Assembly (NCBI GenBank): GCA_951406725.2
Contig: OX597818.1
Coordinates: forward strand, 66,526,001-66,590,000
Direction: 5' to 3'
DNA: 64,000 nucleotides
Source: Octopus vulgaris
Lineage: Eukaryota
The notes beneath the pieces are model-generated. The model was given only the letters and a program-made list of their open reading frames with translations, made no database searches and was not told where the DNA came from. Made by a program: the position numbers and the translations under genes. Positions 10,001 to 29,030 of the stretch are shown here, piece after piece. Within the stretch, counting starts at the first letter, position 1. Each line of letters starts with the position of its first letter.

Positions 10001-11892
10001 AAAGAATACTAAAATCAACAGTATAAGCATTTATAATAATTATGCTTAGGATTAGCACAAATAATCCGTAATGCATTTCTGATATTTCACATCAAATCAT
10101 CAGAAATAGAAGAATCATATTCATCGTTGTCGTCGTCGTCGTCATCAATGTCATCACTATCATCATCAACACTATCATCATCGTCCTCAACATCATTGCT
10201 TTATTAATTAATCCGTCTTCCTCATTAGCTTCCTTGTTAAAACCTTACGAACTTCACAAGGTTTGCGTGCTTATTAGATCTTTATAAATTAGAAGCCATA
10301 TTTTCGTAACGTTTCACGTTATCTTAGAAAATAGAGACAAACAACAGATATTGTTCTTGAAATGTAGAAATGAAAGTTGACCATGGTCGTTCTTCAGCTA
10401 TGTCTACTTGATAACGTCTGAATTCCAACAAAAGACCAATTAGAACAGGAAAATAATAATAGTCACCTTTATTGCTGTAATCATTGCAGACATAACAGTG
10501 TCAACCCTTCATTTTCTCGCGTGTAACAAACTCACTTCGAACGCCAACCTCCACAACTACCATGCCATTCTTTTCTTAATTCTTCTCGCCTAGAATCTAA
10601 AATAAGTTTTTGGTTATATTCCTCACGAGGTCACAAAAAAATTAATATTGACGCCTATTGCCAACAAAATTACACAAAGATATTTAAATATATCTGAACA
10701 TTCGAATACAATAAACTGATTAATAACAAATTGCATTCCATAAGTTACATATTTATAAGACTTCACATCAGGATGATTCAGTACAACTGAATGCTGTAAA
10801 AGTCTTTAATCATTTACGCAAAAAGTATCATATTCTCTCATGATTGACACACTGTCGATAGAAACAAGAGAAGGTTTTATGCAAAAACTAAAAGAATGAC
10901 ACCAAATAGAATTCTTTAAACTTTGGGTTCACTTTTTGCTGCATATTCCTGACACAAATGTCCTTTAACACTTCCACAAATACACACACTTGCTATTTAC
11001 GAAGAATAGAGCGTTGATATTGTAATAATGATATAAAGGCTCTTTCGGTTTACATATGTTACAGTATCAGCGTAATACATTCAGAAATAACAACTGCCTT
11101 TTTACCGTACATTCTATATGATATAGTCGCCGAGATTGCCAGATTGAACGACATATGATTCTCGTAATTATCGTTACGCTACAAATTGAATCTATCCGAT
11201 TATGTAAATAAAAAAATCATTGAATAGAGACATGGCACGATGAAATGATATACAAAATCCGCTTAATGTGATCGACATCGTCATTAAAATCTTGAAAGAA
11301 AATTCAAATTTGAAGCAAACAAACATTTAAGGAAATTCATCGATTCTGATTTTGAATCGCGTATTCCAATGAAAATGCTAATTTTTGCTTTTCAGTATTT
11401 TAGGGTCGATAAAGTAAAGTACCAGTGAAATACTGATGTCGATTCAATCCATATAAACCCAACTCGAATATTACTGGCTAAACGCCAGTAATTGAAGTGG
11501 CAAGGGTAAGACGATAACTGCTACTATTATTATTTTCCTTTTATCACAGATTTTGTGGAAACTCGTGGAATTTTGCTTGCCTTATGCGTTTTTCCACCTT
11601 TTGACAGTTTTTACTTCGTCCTACAGAATGTTCAACAAAATCTACCCTCCATACCACTCAAGCATTTGGTTCAGTTTTCGGGTTAGTTGCCGGTGTACCG
11701 ATCATGTATCAATTTGTATTGGATTACCTGTTACCAATAGCACTAAATCACACCTGACTCTTTATTACAATTATTAATATAACTACATGTTCAATCTCTA
11801 CTACGGAAATAATTACCACCACTAAAACCAATCATAGCCTTGTTATTCTAATTATGTTTCCTATCACTATCAGGACGTTAGGATCTTCTGCT

Positions 11893-11911
11893 CTATTATT
11901 ATTATTACTAC

Positions 11912-11984
<73 letters not shown>
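11893..11984 (+). repeat. (ATT)n microsatellite
   Basis: Direct reading. Confidence 0.98.
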
Positions 11985-12535
11985 GAGAGAGCAGTTCATG
12001 CCATCAAAGTGACACTGGGGTACAAATATATGAAGCCCAATATACCCATCATGACTACCCGTCTGATAAAGGTACACCAGGCACATGCATCACAACCATA
12101 TGTGCGCGACATGGTGATCTCATATCAAGATAAACAGCACATGAACTTGCAGGTGGGGCCCAGTTAGAATTTTCTTCAGGTTGAGTAGCTCATCCCGCTC
12201 AAAAGGTCCCTGAATAAGTGTTGTTTAAGGATGTTGAAAGAACCACCCATGTTTCCAAAGGTGAATTATTCAAACCCCAAAGAATCCTTCTCAACACATG
12301 GCTATGATGCTCCCCCACTACTCCTGCTCGTGATCAGAGATGCACATATCGTCAGCCACTAAGGGACATGCTCAACTGGTTAAGGTCAAGCAACTGACAA
12401 GCAAATCTGTGATATTGAGCAGAATATTTGCTGTAGCCCATCTTTTATACCAAGACAAAACAATGTACATGATAACACTTCCAATCAGTTAAGATCAGAA
12501 GCCATGAGAGCCACTGCCTGGTACTGCATCAGGGC

Positions 12536-12538
<3 letters not shown>
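11985..12538. mobile_element. ~550-bp non-coding insert bounded by (ATT)n on both sides; probably a TAA-targeted retroelement fragment or non-autonomous element
   Basis: Higher GC than the flanks, sharp borders with pure (ATT)n, no long ORF; same context as the R4/Dong inserts at 20867-24878. Confidence 0.5.
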
Positions 12539-12568
<30 letters not shown>

Positions 12569-12578
12569 CATTATTATT

Positions 12579-12611
<33 letters not shown>

Positions 12612-12900
12612 CTATGTTTGACTTTCGCTTTATATTTGTACAAGTTGGCTCCAAGTCTCACCCAGAGACCTCAAGAGACAACAGGGTTGGAAGTTCATGT
12701 TGTTGTTATGCCTAGTGTGCCATATATTTGGGGGGGTGGGGATGTTGTACTAATGAATGTCTAAAAAGAAAAAAAAAAGTTTTTTTTTTTTTTTTTTTTT
12801 TTAAAAGGCAATTTTACACATTCTTATAGTCATGAGAGACGACTAAATGTAAATGTTCACACAGAATTGGAGATATTTATGTTTCTAATTTTTCTTGTTA
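12612..12900 (-). mobile_element. 3' UTR of second R4/Dong-type family
   Basis: The first ~90 bp are nearly identical to 24452-24540 (ctatgtttgact...ctccaagtctcacccagagacctcaagagacaac), which there continues into an RLE C-terminus. Confidence 0.75.
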
Positions 12901-13072
12901 GGTGTACGTTTGTATGAGCTGTAGATATGTAAGTTTTTTTTTTACTTATTTTGAGGGTAATTCAAATTACTTACAGTAAACAGTAGATCTTCCAGTTTTC
13001 TACAGTTGACCTGCTGGGTTCGCTGTTGCCAGTTCAGAGCATCGTAAAAATACGTCCATCCTCTGTCACGTC

Positions 13073-13495
<423 letters not shown>

Positions 13496-14539
13496 GATAA
13501 TAGAAGAGCAAGTAGCAGGATAACCCTGAGAAATCGGTATTTCATTATTTCCGGTACAATGAGTCTGGATATATGTGGCTGGGAAGCGACTTTGTGGCGC
13601 AACACCAGCCACTATATTTCTAACATTGGATAGCAACATAGCAAAATGCAAAACAGTCTAATCAATGAACAAAATTAGAATACAATTCTAACCTCTATAA
13701 TGCTAATTTACTAACAACAATAAAGGAAAGAAAAACAATTTCGTATAGTTGCATACTGAGGATATATTCCAGGTTTACTCTAAAGATAGTGAGTCTGTAT
13801 AAATACACATCGTATAGCTAAATTTCAACACATCTCAATAATAATCGAGCATTTTAAAATTATACAAGAAAATTGTATGATGCGTTGTTTTTACTTTGTG
13901 GAAGTCAGAAGTATAAAAACAATACGAAAAATGTATAGGATTTGTCCTTTCTGTTGGTAAAAAAAACGCAGTATGTGACAGTGACGATTAGAATGAGTGG
14001 AAAGAAATGGTATCCATCTGAGAATAGAATAGAATAGAACAGAAAATACCTCCGTATTCTAGGTCCTAAAAAAAAAATCGAATCCTCACATTTCTCTATG
14101 AGATTTCAGAGAAATAACCTTTTTTTTTTCTCTACAAAATGATTTTTTACGAGAATCTATCCTTTAATAAATCCGATGTAAAACGGAAAGAAACATTTTA
14201 TGCCATTCATTTTCGTGCCGCAACATCCAGCAATTCTATTGATATGTAATGTTACCATTTATAACATGAATCGAGAATCAGCTACAGAGATAGATACCCT
14301 TTCAAATCAATTATCCTACAAATGTCACGCTATTTCTCGAATAATCTTCTAAAGCAACCTTGAATAATACATGCATCGTAATGTGATATCATATATGTTT
14401 ATAGAGAAATAGAATAGGAATATGTGTATACATAAATATAATCTGGTGACGAAATGCTGAAAAGAATCACAGGGAGCAGCTTTGAAAAATATGTCAAGTT
14501 AAAATACTTATACAAAGAGCTGCGGGAACCCAAGCACTA

Positions 14540-14608
<69 letters not shown>

Positions 14609-14908
14609 GCAAGTAATTATTTTGTTAAGACCGAAACCGAGGTATGCATTTAAGTCTGTTATTTATATAATTTTTCATATGTCCTGCCCGCCAAAGTTGG
14701 TTCTGGTGTTCGCTGAATTCTTCCTCTAGAGAATTTCCCTTCTAGTTTGATCGTTGATGATCTTTTTCTAGCATTCTGGCCGGCTAGCTAGCAGGCCAGC
14801 CCTGCCAATATACACATATTTGAATTTTCTCTGACTCCTCAGATTTTTTGAATGCTGGACTACTGGTTTTAAATTGATATTAAAATTAAAATTAATTTAT
14901 CTCCCTCA

Positions 14909-16178
<1,270 letters not shown>

Positions 16179-17039
16179 ATATATATGTGTGTGTGTGTGT
16201 ATACGTGTGTGTATATGTGTGTGTCTGCGTGCGTGTGGGTGTATGTACTCTACATCATTATAAAAAATGCTTAACCAAGTGATTGTATAAGAATGGCATA
16301 GTTATTTTGTTATTTCGTTAAATCTTTCGGCAGTTAATGACCCTGCAGTCATATATCAAAGTGGAAATGACCTAAGAAGTATTGAAACGAGAATTGGTTG
16401 AAATTTGGAATAATTTCCGGAGAGTTGACAGTTATTTGGTGACTGCTAAATGTGCATTATATCCCGAAATGAGAGAGAAGAGCGTTTAACATTTCAAATT
16501 CTGCTATGCTTATTTTCTCGCAATTTAGGGCAGCCGGTCCTGCATACAATAATGATTATAGCAAATCCACGAAGGCACCCATGAATTTCCGAAATCGACA
16601 CAAATACCTGATTGCATATATTAATAAATACATGAAAGTATACTCAGAAGTGTTACTTTAAAGACATTCGGAATCACTGGTGCCTCATATTTTGGTTTCA
16701 ATCGAATGGAAGGAAAGAAAGGCGTGGGAATATAATCTTGTCATTTTATACGAAGCTTTGTAAATATTGCAGATAATGATGTGGTACTGAGGCTTTTAAC
16801 ATTTAAATAACTGGTAATATCTAAATAATATTGTGTTGTGCCAATGCTGTAAATATAACACGTAGTTTTATGTCCAACTCTGAAAAGTTGTAACCGTTAA
16901 CTATGTTCTTCCACGCAAAAATATATAATTTATCACCAAGCATAAATATATCATTTATGACATTCTGCCGAAAACGATTTTGCAAAATGGGTCGCGAGAT
17001 CGAGGAATAAGAATCACGCAGATGCTAATGAAGGGGAAT

Positions 17040-17242
17040 AAGATGAAAATGAAGATGGTAGTGATTATGACGAAGATGTTGATGATAATGATGATGATGC
17101 CGACGACTACGATAATAATAATAATATTAATAATATTAATAACAACAGCAACATCGGCGACAACAATAATAATAATAATGTTAATGATTTTGTTATCTTT
17201 ATTATTATTATTCGTATTATCATCATCATTACTATAATTATA

Positions 17243-17301
<59 letters not shown>

Positions 17302-17328
17302 CATTATTATTATTATTGTTATTATTAC

Positions 17329-17401
<73 letters not shown>

Positions 17402-17415
17402 TTATTGTTATTATT
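17040..17415 (+). repeat. Compound trinucleotide tract (ATG/AAT/ATT)
   Basis: Direct reading. Confidence 0.9.
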
Positions 17416-17539
17416 GCTTTTATGGTAATAAGAAATTTATACATATTTATGTATATACTTATATATATGTGTGCATGTACATGTATGTATATATATATAT
17501 ACATATATATACATGCATATATGTTTATATGAATGCATA

Positions 17540-17579
<40 letters not shown>

Positions 17580-18381
17580 TACATCTATCTATATATATGT
17601 ATATACACACCCGTATATATGTATATATATATATATATAAATATGTATAAATGTGCGTGTGTGTACTCATTTGAAATTTATAGAAAAACAAAGGAGGAAG
17701 GCAGGTGTATGAGGCAACAAGCAGGTGTCTTCGTTTGGCGAGATAATAACGTATTGGTGATCCTAAAACGAAGGCGTACGTGAGTTTGAATGTATATAGG
17801 AATCTGTAAGACTGTAAGTGTTGATAGGGACTTGTGACATTAACGTGCGCTGGTTTGTGCGTGTTGTTACTTATATAGTGGTATGCGTAGTAACTCTATT
17901 GAAGATTGTGTGTGGGTAGGAGTGAAGAGAGACTGTAGGTGTCAGATGAAAAGAAGAGAGGAAGGGACACAGACGAAGAGAGGAAGGGACACAGACGGAT
18001 ACAGGAGGGAGTTGAGCCGATGTGGTATAAGCGAGGAGAGAATATTAATTAGTGGCGCACAGGGGTCGATCTCATCGACTGGCCCCCTCCCCCAAAATTT
18101 CGGGCCTTGTGTATAGAGGAGAAAAGAATATTAAGTGAATAACAGAATTGGTTCATAAATGCCAGTCATTTGATATTCTTGCAATGTATAAAAATAATAA
18201 GATCCTGCTAAGTGGGGATATCCGCACTTAGCGAATCAGATAAGTATTTCGTGTTAAAAATATTCTCTATAATATTTACGAAGCGTAGATTCCAGGACAG
18301 GTGAATAACGTATAAGTGAGAATCAAAGTGGTACAGGTATCAATTCATTACTGCCACGAACGACGCCTCCTTTAAATGATA

Positions 18382-18611
18382 CCTATTTCTTTACAACCCA
18401 CAAGCGGCTAAACACAGAGAGGAGAAACAAGATCAGACAAACGGATTAGGTCGATTATATCGGCCCCAGTGCGAAACTGGTACTTATTTAATCGACCCCG
18501 AAAGGTTGAAAGGCAAAGTCGACCTCGGCGGAATTTGAACTCCGAACGTAGCGGCAGACGAAATACCGCTAAGTATTTCGCCCGGCGTGCTAACGTTTCT
18601 GCCAGCTCGCC
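18382..18611 (-). mobile_element. SINE family B, full copy
   Basis: Reverse complement of the 15957 copy, from ggcgagctggcagaaacgttagcacgccggg to gggttgtaaagaaatag. Confidence 0.9.
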
Positions 18612-19361
18612 TCTTTCCTTTAATTAATAACGTTACACCATTGTCGAGAAACCATTTTCGGGAGATGAAACCATGATTCTGAAGCATAAAGGACAGTTCA
18701 ACTGATTGAACAGAGTTAACAAGTTCACGGAGCAAATATATTTACATTGAAACTCCTCGCTTTCAGTTGGCAGAAGGAAATTATCTGAATAGTGTATATT
18801 TGGTTAGAAAAACGTACACTTTAGGGATTCTTAGAGACTATAGTAGGAGGAGGAGATAATTGACCCAAATGACTCAGTTATCTAAACTTCTAACAACAGG
18901 CTCCGATCGTCTACATTTTTTTTATCTTCAGTAAGTTATATATGTGTAATGGTCAGTGGTGAAAAAAGCAATTAATATTTGGTCAGCTCACACATTTTTC
19001 AAAATTCATAGGACCACATGTCGGCTTAAACTTCTCAAATGGGCGAGAGATAAGGTAATAATAAAGGAATGAGTGATGGGTAAGGAATGATAAGGAGAAG
19101 TAAGATAGAGTAAGCCAAATATACCTATATTCATTACTGTATTTAAAGGCCTTAAGAAATAACGGAAAATACTTTAAATGTAAAATAGAATAGGGATGGT
19201 AGTCAAATCCATAGCTGAAATCAAGGATAACTCTTACAATTTAGTATGGTTAAACTGTTACAGCATTCAAATAAATATAGGAATTAGATATGCGCGTGAC
19301 GAATGAATTGTCTTTAAAATAATTAGAAGGAAATAATAATTATCTAAAATTAATGTAAACG

Positions 19362-19752
19362 AGTTTTACTGTTTTCTTTTACTTGTTTCAGTCATTTAAT
19401 TGCGGCCATGCTGGACCTTTAGTCGAGCAAATTGACCCCAGGACTTATTCTTTGTAGGCCTAGTACTTATGCTATCGGTCTCTTTCGCCGAACCTGTAAG
19501 TTACGGGGACGTAAACACACCAGCATCGGTTGTCAAGAGATGTTGGAGGCACAAACACAGACACACAAACATAGAAACACGCATACATAGACATAAACGA
19601 CGGGTTTGTTTCAGTTTGCGTCTACCAAATCCACTGACAAGGCTTTGGTCGGCCCGAAGCTGTTGTAGAAGACATTTGCCCAAGGTGCCACGCATTGGGA
19701 CTGAACCCAAAACCATGTGGTTGGTAAGCAAGCTACGTACTACACAGCCACT
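19362..19752 (-). mobile_element. SINE family A, full copy
   Basis: Head, internal (TG)-rich spacer and tail all present in reverse complement. Confidence 0.9.
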
Positions 19753-20003
19753 CATTCACCTGCGTTGTTCTATATAAAATGTGTTGCTATATATAAAATA
19801 TTAGAATTTAAGCCCATAAATTAATAAGGAATATAAAATACACTTCAGCAGGTGAAGCACTTTCTCTCTTGGTGTTATGGGCTTTCTTAGCTTATGGTCT
19901 TCCTATGTTGGTGGTTTGGGTTTTATTGGCTTGTTTACACCCTTTCGTGTCTCATAAATAGAGTCGTTTAACTGCAGATGGAGGACAGCTGTTCTGTGCA
20001 AAA

Positions 20004-20396
20004 TGAAGAAGGAGAAAGAGGAGGAGGAGGAGGTGAATAAGGATGGGGATGAGGAGGAGACGAAGAAGAAGAAGAAGAAGAAGAAGAAGAAGAAGAAAAG
20101 AAGAAAAAGAAGAAAAAGAAGAAAAAGAAGAAGAAAAAAAAGAAGAAGAAGAAGAAGAAGGAGGAGGAGGACGACGACGACGAGAAGAAGAAGGAAGAGA
20201 AGAAGGAGAAGAAGAAAGAAGAAGAAGAAGAAGAAGAAGAAGAAAAGAAGAAAAACAAGAAAAAGAAGAAAAAAGAAGAAAAAGAAGAAAAAGAAGGAGA
20301 AGAAGAAAAAGAAGGAGAAGAAGAAAAAGAAGAAGAAGAAGAAGAAGAAGAAGACGAAGAAGAAAAAGAAGAAGAAGAAAAAGAAGAAAGGAAGGA
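20004..20396 (+). repeat. ~390-bp (GAA)n-type polypurine tract
   Basis: Direct reading; source of the poly-K/R/E and poly-F ORFs. Confidence 0.97.
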
Positions 20397-20720
20397 ATGA
20401 TTTGGAGATATGTGGTGTACGGAAGAATAGATTCGATGCGGTCAGTAGTGATATCGACGGGGGAAGAATGGTCACAGAAGTATAGAAGGAGTCAAGAACT
20501 AGGTTGAAAAGGTATCGGTTATACTTGAGTAGGGAAAGATCGATATCCTTGAGTCTTTAAAGATTTCCTTCGAGCTGTCGACACGTCTGGCGAATGTATG
20601 AAATAAGGGTTTGAGGTGTTTAGAGAAAATATAAGAAATTTCTGAAAACAGGCCGCCGATCCCCGGGATTACAAATCTAAGTTTAAGTTTGTTGGTTTCC
20701 ACTATGTCACAGAGGGAAAC
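20397..20720 (-). pseudogene. Decayed Penelope-type RT fragment
   Basis: KLRFVIPGIGGLFSEISYIFSKHLKPL..RVDSSKEIF, then after a frameshift LDSFYTSV...SKSFL, parallels Penelope PLRPIVS..G.....IS..L...LKPL...DS..F..DV.SLYT. Confidence 0.55.
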
Positions 20721-20866
20721 GTTGTGCTAATATGAACTTAGGCCCTCGGCTTAGTAGCTGGAGTTTCGCTGGTCGGAGTGAGCCGGTCATTAGTGGCAGC
20801 AGTAGTAGCTGCAATAGTGGTGGGAATGGCAATTGTAACGGTTGCATTATTATTATTATTATTATT

Positions 20867-24451
<3,585 letters not shown>

Positions 24452-24874
24452 CTATGTTTGACTTTTGCTTTATATGTGTACAAGTTAGCTCCAAGTCTCA
24501 CCCAGAGACCTCAAGAGACAACAAGTTGGAAGTTCATGTTGGTGTTTTGTACTTAGTGTTGTACTAGGGAATGTCTAAAAAACCATACGAAAATTATGTT
24601 TGTTTTAAAACTTGAGATTACATAGAAAGTAATTTGTGTAGGATATGAGCAGCTCCCATGGGTACTATCTTTTGAATTACTGCCATTTTTGAGTTTCCTG
24701 GTATCTAAGTTAGTTAGCAATCAGCCCCTTTTGCTATCATTACCAGGGCACCTATGACAACAAGTATTGTTTTAGTCTTCAGGTTCCACATTTTGCTTAT
24801 TTCTATTTCAAGGTCTTTATATTTGCTCAGTTTTTGGCAGGTCTTGACAGATACGTTTATATCGATTGGGACAG

Positions 24875-24878
<4 letters not shown>
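24452..24878 (-). mobile_element. 3' end of a second R4/Dong-type family (RLE C-terminus and 3' UTR) in (TAA)n
   Basis: TVPIDINVSVKTCQKLSKYKDLEIEISKMWNLKTKTILVVIGAL...IQKIVPMGAAHILHKLLSM*; (ATT)n on both sides. Confidence 0.9.
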
Positions 24879-24949
<71 letters not shown>

Positions 24950-25135
24950 GTGTTGTTGTTGATGTTGTTGTTGTTAACCTGCCATATCTTTCAACTTTTT
25001 CTTCCTTCGCACAATTTGTTGTCAGCTGGGCATGCTACTCTATAATCCAGCTTAGTTTGTTTTCTTACTCACTTAAATCTGTCTGCCTTCCTATTCTTCT
25101 CAATTAAGTCTGTCTGGCCTCTTCTTGTTCTTATT

Positions 25136-25211
25136 CTTGTTGTTGTTGTTGTTGTTTTTATTGTTATTATTATTAGTAGTAGTAGTAATAGTAGTAGTAG
25201 TAGTAGTAGTG

Positions 25212-25268
<57 letters not shown>

Positions 25269-25312
25269 ACAGCAGCAGCAACAGCAGCAGTAGCAGTAGT
25301 AGTAGTAGTGGC

Positions 25313-25359
<47 letters not shown>

Positions 25360-25380
25360 AAGTAGTAGTGGTAGTAGTGA
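25136..25380 (+). repeat. Compound (TTG)/(TAG)n/(CAG) tract
   Basis: Direct reading. Confidence 0.95.
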
Positions 25381-26097
25381 CAAGAGCATTTGCGCAGGAG
25401 GTGGCTTCGCCTTGTGGCTGGTAGGGAAGTTGGCCAGTTTCAGTGGTTGGTCATTGTCCGAAATCGGGTCAAACACTTTGAGAACGTTATTGTCAGTCTT
25501 TCCTTTCAGGTTCCATAGCAGCAGAGTTAGCGATTATTGGTCGTGGAAGCAGAACAGTCGCTGCTGTATTCTTTATACAGTTGGTGAGAGTTGTTTGAAT
25601 AGTGTTGCTGGTGTCGTTGGAGGCAGCCGCGTGATTGTGGTTATATTAGCTGTTGTGGTATTCTTGTTTCTAATTGCTTCCAAAACAACTTGTATAATGT
25701 TTTATGCATTCATCAGCCTAATTATACATCCTTATGCAACTTGTGCCTAATCATCTCCCTAAATATACATCCTTATTGATATTTACTTCTACGCCACTCT
25801 CCGTAAATTTACTACATATTTATGCTAATTAATTACAGGTAGCAACTCCATAAGTCAGAATCAGATGTTATCAAATTGAATATCTAAAGAGTGATGTGTT
25901 AACAATTTAATCTAAGAGAAAATCTATTCTGGAATGTTTTCTTACTACAGAGAAATATACACGTCATGTTACTATGTGACAAAAATATACACACTAGCAT
26001 ATGAAAATCAGCGTGTGTTGCTAGGTACCTATGCATACTCACACATACGCACACACACATAATTATATATAGATATATAGATATATATTTATGTATG

Positions 26098-26139
<42 letters not shown>

Positions 26140-26230
26140 AACAATCACACACAAATAATTATATACAAATATATATTTATGTAAGTATATATAGATATGT
26201 ATATATATATATATATACATATATTTTTTT

Positions 26231-26518
<288 letters not shown>

Positions 26519-27656
26519 CATACATATATACATACATACTTACATACATCGGGAGAATCATACATTAAATATCTATTTTATTCGATTGTGAGTTAAGTGT
26601 ATCGAAGTAACATATTTTATAGGACGTTTGGGATTCATGGAAACTTACACCGATCTCCCAATAAATATATGACAACATTATTTAGGACTTGTTCACTGAC
26701 ACGGCGCAAACATCATGAAACATTGTGTATAAAGTACATACCGTTTGTTTTAATGCTTCACCATGCATATCATTCTGTTTTATTTTTCAATACATCGTGT
26801 ACTAAATCAGATATAAGATTACAAATATTTCTACCTCACACAATTATTCTATTATTTTTTATACCCTAAACTTTGCTTTGTGTTATGGAATTATACAAAT
26901 TTCGTATAGTAAAATATTGATATCATAATAATATATTATATTTTCATTTAAACAATGGCTTCGGGCAATAAAGGGATGTAATACAAGTAGAAGTACGAGA
27001 AAGCTCAAGAATTTATTTTTCAATCTCACAACAGACGGGAAATATAAATATAATTGAGACTTTACTGTTCCTGAATGAGGAAAATACATACAGAATCCCA
27101 ACAGACATATATAATAAAAATAAAATTCATATGCACTTGCATACGCACGCATATACTTACATACATACAAACATACATACATGCATACATATAAAGTGTG
27201 ATTAACGAGGAATACATAGGATCGCATATATTTATATTATTGCCTAGAGGCGGGTGATAGAAGTACAGTACAAGGAAACATGAATCTACAATGTATAGTT
27301 ATAACAATTATCTTGGGAGAATTCAAATGTAAAAATGATATTGGAATCATATTTGTAAATCATGAATATGAACAAGTTATTTATGTATGGAAGGGCGTTC
27401 ATGCCATAAATAAGACCGTTTCACAGACAATATGGCTCCTATAAAACTTTAACATAATCCCAAAAATGCACACTCGTTTATACATATATATGCTGTGCAT
27501 GCGCGCACACGCACACACAAAGACAACTATGTGTATGTATAGGTAACTATGTTCTAGTGTAGACAATAAATTGCATGGTTAATATACTGACACATGTACA
27601 CACATATATACATACATATATATATATATATTCACACACATATACATATACACACA

Positions 27657-27693
<37 letters not shown>

Positions 27694-27712
27694 GTATCTA
27701 TATCTATCTATC

Positions 27713-27744
<32 letters not shown>

Positions 27745-27793
27745 TAAATGTAGAGATGCAAAAATGCGTGTAAGCTTTTATATATATATATAG

Positions 27794-27849
<56 letters not shown>

Positions 27850-28605
27850 GTGTGTGTGCTCTTCGTACGCGCATATATATATGTGAACAACTAGCTATAT
27901 ATCATTTTGTGTGTGGATGTGTGTCTGCATATTCGCGATCACGATAAAATGTTTTTGTTCTATAAGTTGAAGACAAAAATATTTATATATACAAAAGGTG
28001 AGGGTGTAAGCATCTATATATTTCTACCACAATCAATATATCAGCACCCATTTGTATATAATTTCATTACATATTATATTGCCGCGAAAAATGTAAAGCA
28101 AATGTAATTCCGAAATGTAATTCTGTCGTCAACCATATTTCTTTAATGATTGTTAGGAATTATAAGTCTTTAACTATTTTATGCAGACACACCTTATTGG
28201 CAATATTTCATTGTAATTACATATTTGATGAAATATTTCGAAATATATGTCATATTAAAATGGTTTAATGATTCTCGAGAGCAATTATAATAAATGTGAA
28301 TCTAACTGAACTCATTTGCTCATATACAAAGAGTGCAAAATATACAAGGTGCTCTCATAATGTTTATGTTGTTTCCATTTCCTCTTCCATGTTCAATTTC
28401 TATTTTTTACATATTTTCAATGAATATCCAGGTGAATTTAATTAACGCCAAGTTTTGTAGACGCATGTTTTCAGTATCGCAAAGCTTTCGGATCTTTGAC
28501 CACGGTTCTCCAGTTACTTGGATTGTGCAGCGTTGGAATTCACAAATGAGGTGTAGTTTCATACTTTTTGCGGCATATCTTTTCATTACTTGATAGATAT
28601 GCGTA

Positions 28606-29030
28606 CACATGGGTGTGTGTTAAGAAGTTTGCTCCTAACCACAGGGTACTGGGTAAGTCTCACTACGTGCCACCTTGAGCAAGTGTCTTCTACATTAGCA
28701 CCCGCTTGATAGAAGCCAGAGGAGTGGGTTTGTTAAGCGGAGGTGAAAAATGTTCGACTCTTCTCTGTGTGTGTGTGTGCATGTGTATGTGTGTGTTTAT
28801 GAGTGCGTGTGTGTGTGTATGTATGCATTTGTATCTGTCTTTGTTCGTTTTTCTCCCCTACCAGTGCTTGACAACAAGGGTTTGCGTGTTTACGTCCCTG
28901 TAATCTGCCAGAACAGTAAATAAAGGAGAAAGTTTACAGAAAAAGTATCGGGGTCGGTTCATCTAGCTAAACATGCTTTAAGTCGGTTCCACAGCGCAGC
29001 AAATGTCAAACGTCCGAATCAAGTGACAGA
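28606..29030 (+). mobile_element. Old, diverged SINE family A copy
   Basis: caccttgagcaagtgtcttctac, (TG)n spacer, gcttgacaac..gtgtttacgtccc and a decayed tail. Confidence 0.65.

Noticed and set aside
9314-10030. Apparent host exon or novel gene (tttagCAG acceptor, 97 open codons, GTAAGA donor, hydrophobic N-terminus upstream) with an apparent paralogue at 5165
   Set aside because: Reading all frames gives mariner motifs in order (GLRPQKFML, YELL, RAHV, PSDFNLF, GIKELHTRWQK). Both loci are decayed mariners and the splice signals are coincidental.
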